A DNA stretch of 64,000 nt from Trichosphaerium sp. ATCC 40318 (GCA_038496445.1 JALMLS010000091.1:1-64000), one strand, 5' to 3'; shown: positions 1 to 11,806, numbered from the stretch's first letter. Made by a program: numbers and translations. Notes: generated from the letters alone by a model not told the origin.

Positions 1-76
1 TTTATTTTATTGGCACATTTATTTTTTTAGGCTCTTGTTTTTTTTTTTGTTTTTTTGGTATGTAAAAAACACTGTG

Positions 77-246
77 TAGGGTGGGGAATTTTGTTTTTTT
101 GGTATAAAAAAAAAACAAAATAGATAATTTATGAGAAGAAAAAAGCCTAAAGAATAAAATTCCCCACCCTAGGCGGAAAAAACTTAAATAAATAGTGGTA
201 TATTTTCTATTATTATACCACTATTTATTTAAGTTTTTTCCGCCTA
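77..246. repeat. Two adjacent stem-loops upstream of nad2 (possible control region)
   Basis: TAGGGTGGGGAATTTT (77) pairs with AAAATTCCCCACCCTA (ending 171). TAGGCGGAAAAAACTTAAATAAATAGTGGTATA (170) pairs with its reverse complement ending at 246. Confidence 0.8.
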
Positions 247-323
247 CGGCAAGTAGTATCGCTATTCGAATAGTTATAATATATATAAGTAAAAAAAAGT
301 ATTAATATAGACTTATATATAAG

Positions 324-1698
324 ATGGCTAATCTATTTTATTTTTATTTAGAAGAGAGATTCTTATTTTATTTTTATTTGGTGATTAATTTTTGGTACTA
401 GTTTACAAATTTGAGGAAAAAGTGCAGGATTCTTGCAAAAGATTTAGGATTATTATGTTTTGTTTTTCAATTTTAAGCTTTAGTTGTGCGCGTTAATGCA
501 GTGATATGACTGGATCAAACTTATTTTGATGCTTCGGTTGTATCTATTTAAAAGTGTTATAGTGTGCTTCTTTTTTTTTTTGACTTCTATGAGGAAAGTG
601 ATTCCTACAATGGTGTTTACTTAATTTATGTATATGTTATGTAGTTTTTTAATATTATCGTTTTCGAGTTGTTGTGTTGTTGAGTTGTTTTAGAATTATT
701 AGAATTTGTTTCTATATTTTATTAAGTGTAGGTCGAATAAAGTTTCTAAATCTGAGCAGCCCTAAAATATTTAATTTTTAATAAATTAGCTCAGGATTTA
801 TTTTTATAGGTTGTGTTATTTTTTGACTTAAGAGTTCATGTGGTCGTATAAGTTTATAGAGTGGGTGTGGATTTTTATATTTGGATGGTTTATTATCGTA
901 GGGTTATCTCTATTTTTATGTGTTTATTTATAAAATTAGGGATATTTCCGTTTAATTTTTGATTGTTGATAGCTATGAGGCAGGTTCTTTGGGGCTTTAA
1001 GTATTTTAACAGTAGTAAGTAAAATAGTGACCTTGATGTTTTTTTGAAAGTATTTTTTGTATTGATACAAATTGAAGAAATAAGTCAATAATAACAGTAT
1101 TTTCAGTTATTAGCATGTGGTTTTTGTATTTTTAGGTGTTAGTCAAATAAGATTAGAAGAATTTGAGCGTATAGCTCAGTGTAAATTTAAGTTATTTATT
1201 ATTAGCATGTAATACTGCATCTCATTTAGTTTTTTATGTATTTTAATTTATTTGGTATTTATATGCTTGTAAGCATGGGTTTTTTTTTAATTTGTTTATT
1301 TTGTTAAGTCATTTACAAAATAGAGTATAGTAAATATGTTAGATTTTTTAAATTTAATCATATAGCGTTTCGTGAAGTATATTTTTTTGATTAAGTTTTT
1401 TATCTGTAGCAGGATTACCTCCGCTAATGGCTTTTTTTCTAAATTTTTGTTAATATCGAGTTTATTAGCGGTAGTGATTGATTACTTGCTATATTTTGCA
1501 TTTTAGTCGTATTTTTGCATTAAGTTTTATTTAAACGTTTTCAAGGATTCCTGTTTGGTAAATTTTGAGGATGAGGCTTATATATAAGGCGAGACGAAAT
1601 ATTTATTATATGTTAGCTTTTTTTTTATGGCTAATATTTTATTTATTTTAATTATGATGTTTTATTTTTATTGATATAGATATGTTAATTTAATTTAA
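324..1698 (+). CDS. nad2: NADH dehydrogenase subunit 2, frameshifted cryptogene
   Basis: Single insertions restore SE(A)ALKY, FIKLGIFPFNFW-VDSYE, IRRIWAYSS and LSVAGLPPLM(G)FFSK. ATG at 324, TAA at 1696. Confidence 0.9.
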
Positions 1699-1702
1699 AT
1701 TA

Positions 1703-3126
1703 ATGACAAATTGACTTTTAATTTTGGGTAATAGGGATTGCGTGTTATTTTTTTAGTATATATAAATGTTATATTAGTTGGCTTTTTTTATTTTATTTTT
1801 TTGTGATACTGAGTTATTTTATATTTTTAGTTACATAGGTAATTTTTTTAGGAGGAACAGAGGATTGGATGTGACGTTTGTCTTATCTTTTCATATTTTA
1901 AGCAGCAGTTTGTTTATATAGGTAAGCTCCTTAATTGGGATCGCAAGTATAGAATAATAGTTTTATTTTTATGCTTTTAGCATAACTTGTTGTGCGCAGG
2001 TGCTTTTTTAGTATATGATCTTATTTTTTTTTATATTATTTTTGAGTTTTTTTAATACCTCTTTTTTTTTTTATAGGTATTTGAGGTACTAAAAAGCGAC
2101 GGTAATAGCATCCTTTAAATTATTTTTATATACGTATTAGGATCTTTTTCTATGCTTATAGGTTAATGTCTTTATATTCTCAAGTGGTACATTTGATCTG
2201 TATACCTTATTTTATATAATAATAGTTTTCAGCGAGATTAGGTACATGTATTTTATTTTTAACAGCATTTGCTGTTAAACACCCATGTATCCATTTCATT
2301 TATGTTACCCGAAGCACATGTAGAGGCAACAACAGTAGGTTCGGTTATTTTAGCAGCTTGATTTTAAAATTAGCTTGTATGGGCTGTGTAGATTTGTTAT
2401 TCTTTGTTTTTTGAATCTATAAAATATATGCGCCTTTATTTTTTGTAATTATAATAATTGTATTTTACATAGTGTATGTTTATCGTGTAGACATGTGATG
2501 TTAAAAAAGCATAGCTTATATGTCTATAGCACATATGATTTTAGTTTGATTGGTTTGTTTTCGTTAAATATAGTAGGTGTGCAAGATGCATTTATTTATT
2601 AGTAGGACATGGTTAGTATCGAGTGGTTATTTATTTTAGTAGGTATTTTATATGATAGTTTAAAACTCGTGTTATTTTTTATTATGGAGTATAAGTCAAA
2701 TAATGCCATTATGGCATTATTTTATTTTATGTTTATTTTTGCTAATTTTGGTTTTCCTGTTTTTTAAATTTTGTGGAGAACTTTTAATTTTTTTTTCTTG
2801 TCTTTATATAGTTTTTTATTAAGTTTTTTTTTATGTTTAGGTATGTTATATCTACAGGGGCTAGTGTATGAATGTATAATAGGATAGTTTTTGGGAAGTT
2901 AAATACGAAGGCATATTAAAAAAGGTTTGAAAAGAAGTCAAAGAGAAAAAAATTGAAGATTAATGGGAGTAGTAGAGGTTGGTTGATTAGTACGTATGGT
3001 CGTACAGATTTAACTTGGCGTGAATTAATATTTTATGCTTTTTATTATGTACCGTGTAATATTAGGAATATTACCATGGTTTGGGAATTCAGCGTTGGTC
3101 ATTTTATACTACTAACAGAATAAATA
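1703..3126 (+). CDS. nad4: NADH dehydrogenase subunit 4, frameshifted cryptogene
   Basis: Motifs FE-VLIPLFFFIGIWG, FAVK-PMYPFHL(W)LPEAHVEA, GSVILA, R(Q)CDVKK-IAYMSIAHM, HGLVSSGLF, YD(R)FKTR, ANFGFP(G)FLNF-GE and DLTWRE. 3' end approximate. Confidence 0.95.
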
Positions 3127-3138
3127 AGCTTACTTATC

Positions 3139-4161
3139 ATGGAAAATTCTAAAATTGTTGATGAAATAATGGAAAAAATGGCACGTTTTTTTTTTGTTTT
3201 TTTTAATTGCCTAAAAAGCAAAAAAAGCAAAGGGGCCTACGTGTCTATACCAGGATTGATATTAGAACCTCAAAATTTAGAGGAGGTTATACATAATAGG
3301 TTCATTTTATTAGGAGTAACAAGTGTATTATTTATAGTTTGTTTAGGTTTTGCTGCAGGTTTTTATTATAATAGTAATAATCATATAATCTCTGTAGATA
3401 TGGACTGTATTGATCAGGTGCTTCGCTATAATTTAGGGTATAAAAATTTAAAAAACGATGTGAATCTTGAGAATTGTGAAGCATATTTTGAACCGCAAAA
3501 TATATTAATATTACCAGCTTTTGAATTTGAAGATCCAGATTTAGATTTAGACGAAAAAATAATTGAGGGAATTTTAGAATTGCAGCAACAAATACCAAAA
3601 GTAGAGGTAGAGTTAGACGTTGCAAGTGAAACAGTAAAAATAATGGAGCAAGCTTTAGAGTCTTACAATTGAGGTAATTATAGAGAAAATATAGTAAATA
3701 TCGAAGATGAACCTACTTATCAAGGGACAGAAAATTTTCAAGGATATAATAATCCAAATTTAGATGAGTTATTGTCAGATGCAATAGCTTCATCTAAATT
3801 TAATGTATCTGATGAACTAGATGATAGTTCATCAGATACATTAAATTTAGATGAAGCTATTGCATCTGATGGTTCAAATGAAATTTTTGAGAATATTGTG
3901 ACTTTTGAGGAAGAAGATTATGGAGGAAAAGATACTTTAGAAGGAATTGACATAGTGTTTCCCGGAGAAAATCAACTGGTAAGGGAAATTGGTGAAAATA
4001 TTGATGGAAATTTATATTGTAGTTATGAAGAAAATATGGTAGGTTGTTATGATTGTTTAAATGAAACTACTCAGATTTTTTTAGATATGGATAATGATTT
4101 TTTTTTATTTGTTGAAATATTAAAAAAAGTTATATATTTTTTAATATCTATTTTTTTTTAA
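3139..4161 (+). CDS. Orphan mitochondrial ORF (340 aa with TGA=Trp), acidic, with a hydrophobic segment; no frameshifts
   Basis: Track ORFs 3139-3672 and 3772-4161 are in the same frame and are joined by reading TGA 3670 as Trp, with no other stop between them. Confidence 0.75.
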
Positions 4162-4187
4162 TATTTTATTTTATATTTTTTATTTAA

Positions 4188-4301
4188 AAAAAGAGAATGT
4201 TATTTGTATTATAAATGAATATTTAAAAAAGATAGTTATTTGTTTATAATTTTTTATAGTTTCAAGGGAAGAAGCGAAATTAAAAATAAATTAAGTTCTT
4301 T
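4188..4301 (+). ncRNA. ~115-nt structured intergenic element, copy 1 (candidate 5S-like RNA or control element)
   Basis: Near-identical to 11262-11375 with 3 substitutions. Folds by eye into a closing stem plus two arms. Confidence 0.35.
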
Positions 4302-4329
4302 ATTTTATTTTTTTTTGTTTTTTAGATAG

Positions 4330-5180
4330 CTTTTATTTTTTTTTTTATATTTAAGTGTTTTTAGGTTTAGCATTGTAGGTTGGTTAAAAGAAGATTTTAA
4401 TAATATAGTTTACATTTTAAAAAAAGAGTAAGACCTATTGTTTTTATTCTTTGTGATTAGGTTACGACGGTTTACGTGTTATAATGAAGCATATAATTTT
4501 AATAGGGCATCTTTAGTGTGTCAAACAGATATTGTGTAGGTATGACTACATGGATGGTTATGTAGGTGGATGTATTTGGATAAATGGTATAGCTAAGTGG
4601 TAATAATTATAGTTTTAATTGTAATGCTGAAGTGATGGTTTTACTGAGTTGCTATAACAAAAGGTTTCTTTATGTTTTGAAAAAAAGAAATTTAGTTTTG
4701 AATTACTAACTAGTGATATTTTTTTAGAGAATTGTTGCGTTACCAAAAAATTAATTTTTTGGTAACGCAACAATTCTCTAAAAAAATACAGAGTAATCAT
4801 CTAGATATTAAAGTTTTTTAAAAGGTTATTTATGTGTTGGAGGATAACGAACAAAAAAAGATTTAAGGGAATGATTTTAAAACTAACATATTTAAATATC
4901 GCTTATTTTTAGGTTGTTTAAACAACCTAAAAATAAGCGATATTTAAATATGTTAGTTTTAAAATCATTCCCTTAAATCTTTTTTTGTTCGTTATCCTCC
5001 AACACAGTTTATTTATTATTTAATAGGGGTTTAGCTGATTTAAGGTATGAATATGCCTTGATATGTTTATGATCAATGGTGATATATAGTTGTTTTGTAA
5101 AACTTGGTTATATACTTGTTATAGTAGTCGTAATGTGTGTTTTATAGTGTTCTCGTTTTATGGAGATCAATTTAATAAAC
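4330..5180 (+). CDS. Probable frameshifted ribosomal protein gene, rps2-like
   Basis: Fragments RPIVFILCD and YVGGCIWING resemble the S2 'ILFVGT' and 'YV..RW.GG' regions. Contains palindromes. Boundaries uncertain. Confidence 0.25.
4717..4788. repeat. Perfect palindrome
   Basis: TATTTTTTTAGAGAATTGTTGCGTTACCAAAAAATT followed directly by its reverse complement. Confidence 0.9.
4833..5006. repeat. 174-bp perfect palindrome
   Basis: Centre AGGTTGTTT|AAACAACCT at 4919/4920. Confidence 0.95.
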
Positions 5181-5204
5181 AAAAATTAGCCAAAATAGAT
5201 CAAA

Positions 5205-8200
5205 TGTGAGGTTTAAGTTAACTTATATGAAGGAAGAAAAGCTTCTATAAACTTGGTTATGTTTATAAATTAAGAATTTTGTGCAAGAAATTTAGAGTTT
5301 TTATATTAATTATAAGTTTTTACGTAAGGGTGGTTTTTAGGTGTTAATTGAGGCGTTTTTTAAAATAGCAAAGTTTTATATTTTGTTTTGCTAAATTTTG
5401 TATTATATTTTGAAAAAATAGGAATAATTTAGTTAGATTAGGGTTGGTAAAATGGAAAATTTAAATCATTCGTTTTCGGTTTATTTTTTGATATTTTAAG
5501 TTTTTTTATACGTGTTTATATTTTTATGTAAAAGTGTTTAGAAGTTTATACCACGTCGTAGTAATCTTTTTGAAAAACTTTATGAAAAGGTAAGCGTAAT
5601 TAATTTTAAGAAAATATCTTAATAGTAAGCAAATTTTGTATTATATCGTGAAATAAGAAACCAGAAAAAATAAGCAATAAATTAAATAAATTACATATTA
5701 GTGGACGTTATAGAAGGTAAAATTGCCTATAAAAAATAAACTTATTTTAAAAATAAATTAAGTTTATTAATTTTGTAAATTTAAATAAAAATATTGAATA
5801 GAAAAAAAAAAGAAAAAAAAAAAAAACGGCGTTTTAAAAACAAAGACGTAAACTTTATATCCCGCTTTATTAAATTTTTATCGATAGGTAAGCGGGATAT
5901 AAAGTTTACGTCTTTGTTTAGTTAACTAAAAGAGAGACGTAAACTTTATATCCCGCTTACCTATCGATAAAAATTTAATAGTAATTAAGTCATTAATTTT
6001 GGGTCTCTTTAATTTTACTAGTAAGAAAAAACCTGGATATTTCTTACTAAGGTTATCTAATATTATTTCTTCGCTGGTATACTTAATTTTAAATTAATTT
6101 AAAATTAAGTATACCAGCGAAGAAATAATATTAGATAACCTTAGTAAGAAATATCCAGGTTTTTTCTTACTAGTAAAATTAAAGAGACCCAAAGGTTATT
6201 TGTGAAAAAAAACAACCTTTGGGTCTCTTTAATTTTACTAGTAAGAAAAAACCTGGATATTTCTTTAAAAAATCGCGATAGGATCTTTTTTAAAGAAACA
6301 AATAAAAGTGAAGGTATAAATACATATCTAAAAGAAACAAATAAAAGTGAAGGTATAAATACATGTTTAAAAGAAAGAAAAGAAGTTAGTTTTAATATTG
6401 ATTTAGTAGGTAAAATTAAAAGTAAAATTAAAGAAAGTAATTTAAAATTATATTTTTTACGTGATATTTTATTAAGTCAAAGTTTTCTTTCTTTTTTAGA
6501 TAGTCAATACACGTTGGACGTACGTCCAACGTGTATTGACTATCTAAAAAAGAAAGAAAACTTTGACTTAATAAAATATCACGTAAAAAATATAATTTTA
6601 AAACCTTCATTGTTTTTTCATAAACGTTACATTAGAAAAAGGTTTTTATTAAAAAAAATAAAAAGAATAGTAAAAAAACCAAGTAAAATATATAAAAAAT
6701 ACTTACGACGTCAGTATTTTTTATATTTTAGAAAGGAAAGAAAAAAAAAAACAAAAAAAAGGAAAGAAAAAATAAAAAAGATAAAAAAAGAACATTATAA
6801 AAAAAAATACATTAAATTTAAATTTTTTCAGAAGCTTCTGAAAAAATTTAAATTTAATGTAAAATATAAAATAAAAATTTTTAATTCTAAAATAAAAATT
6901 TTAAAAACCAAAAAAAGTCAAGGTAATAAAATAAAAAGAATATTAAAAAAAAAGAAAAAAAAAAAAAAGGTATTAAAATTTTTAGTAGGTAGATATACAA
7001 AAGGTTATTTTAGAAAAAAAAGAGCATGAGATCGCAGGCAAGAAAGAATAAAACAAAAAAAAATTGAAAAAAAAGAAGAGATTAAAAAAAAAAGAAAAAA
7101 ATTTTTTAAAAAACTTAGGAAAAAAAAAAAAGCAATAAAAAAAGAGATTAAAAAAATAATAAAGCAAAAAAAAAGATATAAAAAAGAGATTAAGAAAATA
7201 AAAAGAAAATATAAGTTAAATAAACTTATGATATTAATATTAAAAAATAAAATGATTAAAATGATTAAAAATTTTAATCATAAGTTTTTTAAATTTTTAG
7301 TTATTAGAAAAAAAAGAAGAATCAAATTTAATATAAAATCTCTTCTTTTTTTTTATTATGTTAAATTGAAAAATAAAAGAAAAAACGTAGAACAAACTAA
7401 GTATAAAAATTTAATGAGATTTTTATACTTAAAAAAAAAAAAAGAAAAAAAAAAAAAATTAGAAAGCTTAAGAAATTTAATTTATAAAAAAAGAGGGAAA
7501 AAAGTAAAAGAAGAAAAAAAAAATATATATAGAAAAATTTATAAAAATTATTATAATAGTTTTTATAAAGGATGAATTTTAAAAGCAAACAAAAAAAGAA
7601 TGAAACGGAAAAAAAAGAATGAAAAAGAAAAAAAAAGTGTTAGTTTAAAAAAAAATTTAGAAAAAGAATGGTTTTGATATGGGATACGTAAAATACTAAA
7701 AAAAAAAAAAGCAAAAAAAAAAAAAGAATGAGGATATATTTTAGGTACAAAATGGCGTAAAAGATTAAAATTAAAAAAAAAAGAAAAAAAAAAATCAAAA
7801 AATAGAAATAGAAGATTACAAGCATGAGTTTTAATAAAAAAAAAGTGAGGTAAAATAAAGTATAAAATAATAGATAATAAAAAAAAATATATTAGATTTT
7901 TAAAGAAAAAACGATTGTTAAAAAAAAAACGTTTATTAAAAATAAAGAAAAATAAGGTATTAAATAAGAATGTATATAAAAAAAGAAAAAAAAAGTGGAG
8001 AAAGTATAAATATATTAGTAGAAAGAAGCGTTTTGCTATGTTGGAAAAGGTTAATAAAAAAATAAATAAATTTTGAAAGCAAAATTTATTTAAAAACAAA
8101 GCAACTAAATCTTGTCAAATAAAATTAAATACGTTTAAATCAAAAGGTTTATGGAATCGTAAAACGTTTCGCTAGACGCTTTTCCTAAATTTTAGGAAAA

Positions 8201-10600
8201 GCGTCTAGCGAAACGTTTTACGATTCCATAAACCTTTTGATTTAAACACAAGGTTATCTTTTAAAAATTTTATTTTGAGAAATCGACTTTATTATAATAA
8301 AGTCGATTTCTCAAAACGTAAAAAAGCTGGGGGATTTTGTTAAATAGTCAAAGCTTTACGCATACGTTTGACAATACGTTGCATAAAAGATCGTGCTGCA
8401 TTAGAAATGCAGCACGATCTTTTATGCAACGTATTGTCAAACGTATGCGTAAAAAAACTGGTTATTTAAATTACGAAATAACTTAGCATACCTTTGAAAA
8501 GGAAATTTTGTAAAATTTAAAAAATTTATATCAAAAAGACGGTGACAAAATAAAAAATTTTATAAAAAATGATTATTTGGTAGCAAAAATCAATGTGTAA
8601 ATTTTAAAAAAAATAGAAATGTAAGATGATTTCTACCTAATAGTTAAAATTAAAATCATTTGGAAAAAATTGATTGTTTTTTAATGAAAAAAAAAAATGA
8701 AAAGAATTTTATAGAAAATTAAGATATATTTATGGTGAGGATCGTAAAGATAGATTATTTTGAGTATGGCGTCATTGAATAATATTTAAAAATAAAGGTA
8801 GAGCCAAACTATTGCAGTTAATACGTCGTAAATATAAACATAGTATAGATATTTATGGTTTATGAAGACTTATAAAAAAAATAAAATTAAATGCTTTTAG
8901 AGAAAAAGAAGGTAAACGTAAGGAAATAAGATTTATTAAACAATGGTTCAAATGAAAAATAAAAAGACCAAAAAAGTTACAACAAATAATCTAGGTTTTA
9001 ATAATATGATGAATATATTAATACGTTCTACTCTTTTAGCGAGGGACAGCTTATATTATAATAAATTAATTTGAAGTTTAGATAAAAGTGGAAAACTATC
9101 GAGAAAAATTAAATATAATCTTTGATTAAAATATAACAAAGGAAAAAAATGAAACGAAAAGAAGATAAGAACTATATATTTAAAAAAATTAAGAAATAGA
9201 CGTATTAACTTTATAGAGAAAACGTTTAATGGGAGATTATTTAAATCATTTTTTTGAAATAATTATTTAAATAATAAAAAAAGGTTTACTTTAAAAAAAA
9301 CTAAAAGTTTAAAAAGAGGAAAAAAAAATAATTATTTCAAAAAAAGTCAAATAAAAGCATGAAAATGAGCAAAAATAAAAAAAAAGAGAAATAATAGGAG
9401 AGGTTATGGGAAAAGATGAAGAAAATTTCGTATAAAAGATAAAAAGTTAATTTATAAATTAAAAAAAAAGGAAAAAAAAAGAAAAAAAAAAAAAATAATA
9501 AAAAAAGGAAAGGTATATAAAATAAGGTCTTTTAAGAAAATATTAAAGATATATAATCTTATTAGAAAAAAACTAAAAAAAAAAAAAGAAAAAAAAAGGA
9601 AAAAAAAAAAGAAAAAATATGATAAGGTATATTATTATAATTATATATCTTATCTATTGAAAAAAGGTATATTTTCAGATATAACTAAAAAGAAGCGTGA
9701 ATTAGCTTTAAAAATTGGTTGTGTATTATCCTTAAAATCTAAACGAGCACGTAAATCACGTAGAAAGCTTTTACGTAAATTTTTAGCTAAAGTAGCTCGT
9801 CTATCTGATAGACGAGCTACTTTAGCTAAAAATTTACGTAAAAGCTTTCTACGTGATTTACGTGCTCGTTTAGATTTTAAGGATAATACACAACCAATTT
9901 TTAAAGCTAATTCACCAAGGTTTTCTTATATAAATACTTTAAATGATTTTAGAAATTATCGTTTAGTTTTAAGTGAAGGTTTTGAACATAGCAGGCTTAT
10001 GTTCTTAATTTCTTTACGCAAGGTTTTTCTAGAAAATTTTGAATGTGATTGAAACGGGAGGAAAAAAAAAAAAAGAAGAAAAGCAAAAGCTGATTAAGCC
10101 GAGCAATTGTCTTCATGATTTTAAAACCTGGTTTTTTACATGTAAAAAACCAGGTTTTAAAATCATGAAGACAATTGCTCGGCTTAATCAGCTTTTGCTA
10201 TAAATAGAAATAGATTATGAATAAAAAGCTAGTAAATAATCTATTTCTATTTATAGCAAAAGCTGATTAAGCCGAGCAATTGTCTTTAAAAATGAAACTA
10301 GTTCAATTTAAAAAAATATATAAAGGTGATTTTAATTTAGGAAAGGGTTGTATTTATTTTTTAATTCTTTTTGAAGAAACTTAAGGTTAGTGTTTATGAT
10401 ATAAATATATAGACTGAAAAAATGTAAAATGAATTAATATGGTGATTTTTTTTATAACGACATAAGACACGATTTTTATGTGAATACGTACTATTTATAT
10501 ATAAATAAAGTATAAATTGATTTGTTTTATTGTTAGTTTTGTTTCTTATATTTTTGAAGATCTATATAGTTATATGTATTAGGTTGAAGTGGGTTTGTTT
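5205..10600 (+). CDS. Giant Lys-rich coding region, possibly rps4 with a very large insertion
   Basis: N-terminal fragments YKLRILCKKFRVF and LLNFVLYFEKIGII-VRLGLV, and C-terminal LKVSVYDI and IKYKLICFIV, resemble S4 motifs. Uninterrupted TGA=Trp frames run 6202-8175 and 8943-10097. Confidence 0.35.
5838..6264. repeat. Serial fold-back repeats including a 196-bp perfect palindrome (5998-6193)
   Basis: A/A'/A arrangements of GACGTAAACTTTATATCCCGCT and TTTGGGTCTCTTTAATTTTACTAGTAAGAAAAAACCTGGATATTTCT. Confidence 0.9.
6202..8175 (+). CDS. Continuous 658-codon Lys/Arg-rich frame (TGA=Trp)
   Basis: Read codon by codon. ORFs 6202-7029 and 7228-7575 and downstream sequence share one frame, interrupted only by TGA, until TAG at 8173. 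Confidence 0.8.
6291..6368 (+). repeat. 39-bp in-frame tandem duplication (KETNKSEGINT x2)
   Basis: AAAGAAACAAATAAAAGTGAAGGTATAAATACAT occurs twice. Confidence 0.9.
6441..6602. repeat. 162-bp perfect palindrome inside an open frame
   Basis: Centre GACGT|ACGTC. The same peptide is encoded on both strands (track ORFs 6202+ and 6428-). Confidence 0.95.
8133..8453. repeat. Three consecutive palindromes (8133-8247, ~8273-8316, ~8355-8453)
   Basis: Reverse-complement arms read directly from the sequence. Confidence 0.9.
9697..9915. repeat. 219-bp palindrome in frame within an ORF
   Basis: Centre CTATC-T-GATAG at 9806. ORF 9657-10052 reads through it. Confidence 0.95.
10082..10286. repeat. Palindrome followed by a second fold-back copy
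   Basis: AGCAAAAGCTGATTAAGCCGAGCAATTGTCTT appears forward, inverted, then forward again. Confidence 0.9.
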
Positions 10601-10746
10601 TTCATGTATAGATCTTCAAAAATATAAGAAACAAAACTAATAAATAATAAATTTAAATTAATTTGGTGTTTTTATTATAAGGAAGGTAATAAATTGTATA
10701 TATTTCTAAATTATATTTAAAAAAGAAAATATATATAAGTAATTTA

Positions 10747-11199
10747 TGAGCTTATTTAAATTTAAAATAGGCTATCTTTATCTTTAAATGCTGGTATAGT
10801 TGAGTATTATTGCGTTATAAATTGTTTTCATTTAGTACTTTATTTAGGAAAGAAATCATAAGAACCGACGTTAAAATTTGTTTTTTATAATTTTATATGA
10901 GAGGAGTTTTTAAATTTAATCGAGATATAAATATAAAAATAATGCAAATTATCGTTTAAATTTTTACGTCAAAAAGAGATTTAAAATGATTTGAAAAAAG
11001 AAGTTTTTTATAGGTAAAATCAATGAGATTGAACGATACGGGGCGTGTATTAGGTATATTTTGAAATTCAGGGCATGTGGTATAAGAGGCCTATACAAGA
11101 TTATGTGTAAATTTTTATATAAATAAAGAGACGTGAAGTTTAGTAAATCTGAGCATTTAATTTTTTTCTTTGATAGCTTAAGTAAATCAAGTGTATAAA
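10747..11199 (+). CDS. Unidentified, probably frameshifted mitochondrial gene (ribosomal-protein-like composition)
   Basis: ATG at 10747 followed by short basic/hydrophobic frames broken by frameshifts. No motif securely recognised. Confidence 0.25.
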
Positions 11200-11261
11200 T
11201 AATTGACATTTATCTTTTGTTTTAAAAGATTTATTCCAGAAAAGTAAAAAAAATGTGAAAA

Positions 11262-11375
11262 AAAAAGAGAATGTTACTTGTATTATAAATGAATATCTAA
11301 AAAGGATAGTTATTTGTTTATAATTTTTTATAGTTTCAAGGGAAGAAGCGAAATTAAAAATAAATTAAGTTCTTT
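11262..11375 (+). ncRNA. ~115-nt structured intergenic element, copy 2
   Basis: Direct repeat of 4188-4301, lying just upstream of nad3. Confidence 0.35.
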
Positions 11376-11435
11376 AAATTTTATATTTTTTGTTTTCTAG
11401 TAATTTTAAATATAAAAGATGCAATAATAAATAAA

Positions 11436-11777
11436 ATGTATTCATTTTATATAAGTTTATTTGTGTTAGGAGTGCTTTTTTTTGAGTTATATTACTATAT
11501 GGATGTTCATATATATTGGTTTATAGAGTTATAGTAAAGCAAAATTATCTCCGTATGAATGCGGTTTTTAATGAATAAAAAACCACGGGTAAATTTGAAA
11601 TTAGATTTTTTGTGGTAGCATTATTATTTTTAATCATGATTTAGAAATAGTATTGTTGTTACCTAGTGTATTAGGATTTTAAGTTATGACTTTTGAGGTT
11701 ATATAGTTTACTTGAATTTATCTTACTTTTATTCTTAGGTTATGATATGAATGATTAATGTCTGCAATAGATGGTAA
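11436..11777 (+). CDS. nad3: NADH dehydrogenase subunit 3, frameshifted cryptogene
   Basis: KLSPYECGF, KFEIRFFVVALLFLI-DLEIVLLLP and WYEWLMSAI(E/D)W-stop. Confidence 0.93.
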
Positions 11778-11806
11778 ATATAAAAAAAAGTATAAAAAGA
11801 ATTAAT

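Noticed and set aside
324-3126. Frameshifts as long-read homopolymer errors
   Set aside because: Adjacent A-run-rich ORFs are intact for kilobases, many sites lie outside long runs, and the missing base is biased to G. Not fully excluded without reads.
6982-8099. Minus-strand Phe-rich ORFs
   Set aside because: They are antisense shadows of the poly-Lys frame.
4717-10286. Palindromes as a CRISPR array or MITE family
   Set aside because: There is no shared repeat unit, no regular spacers and no target-site duplications.
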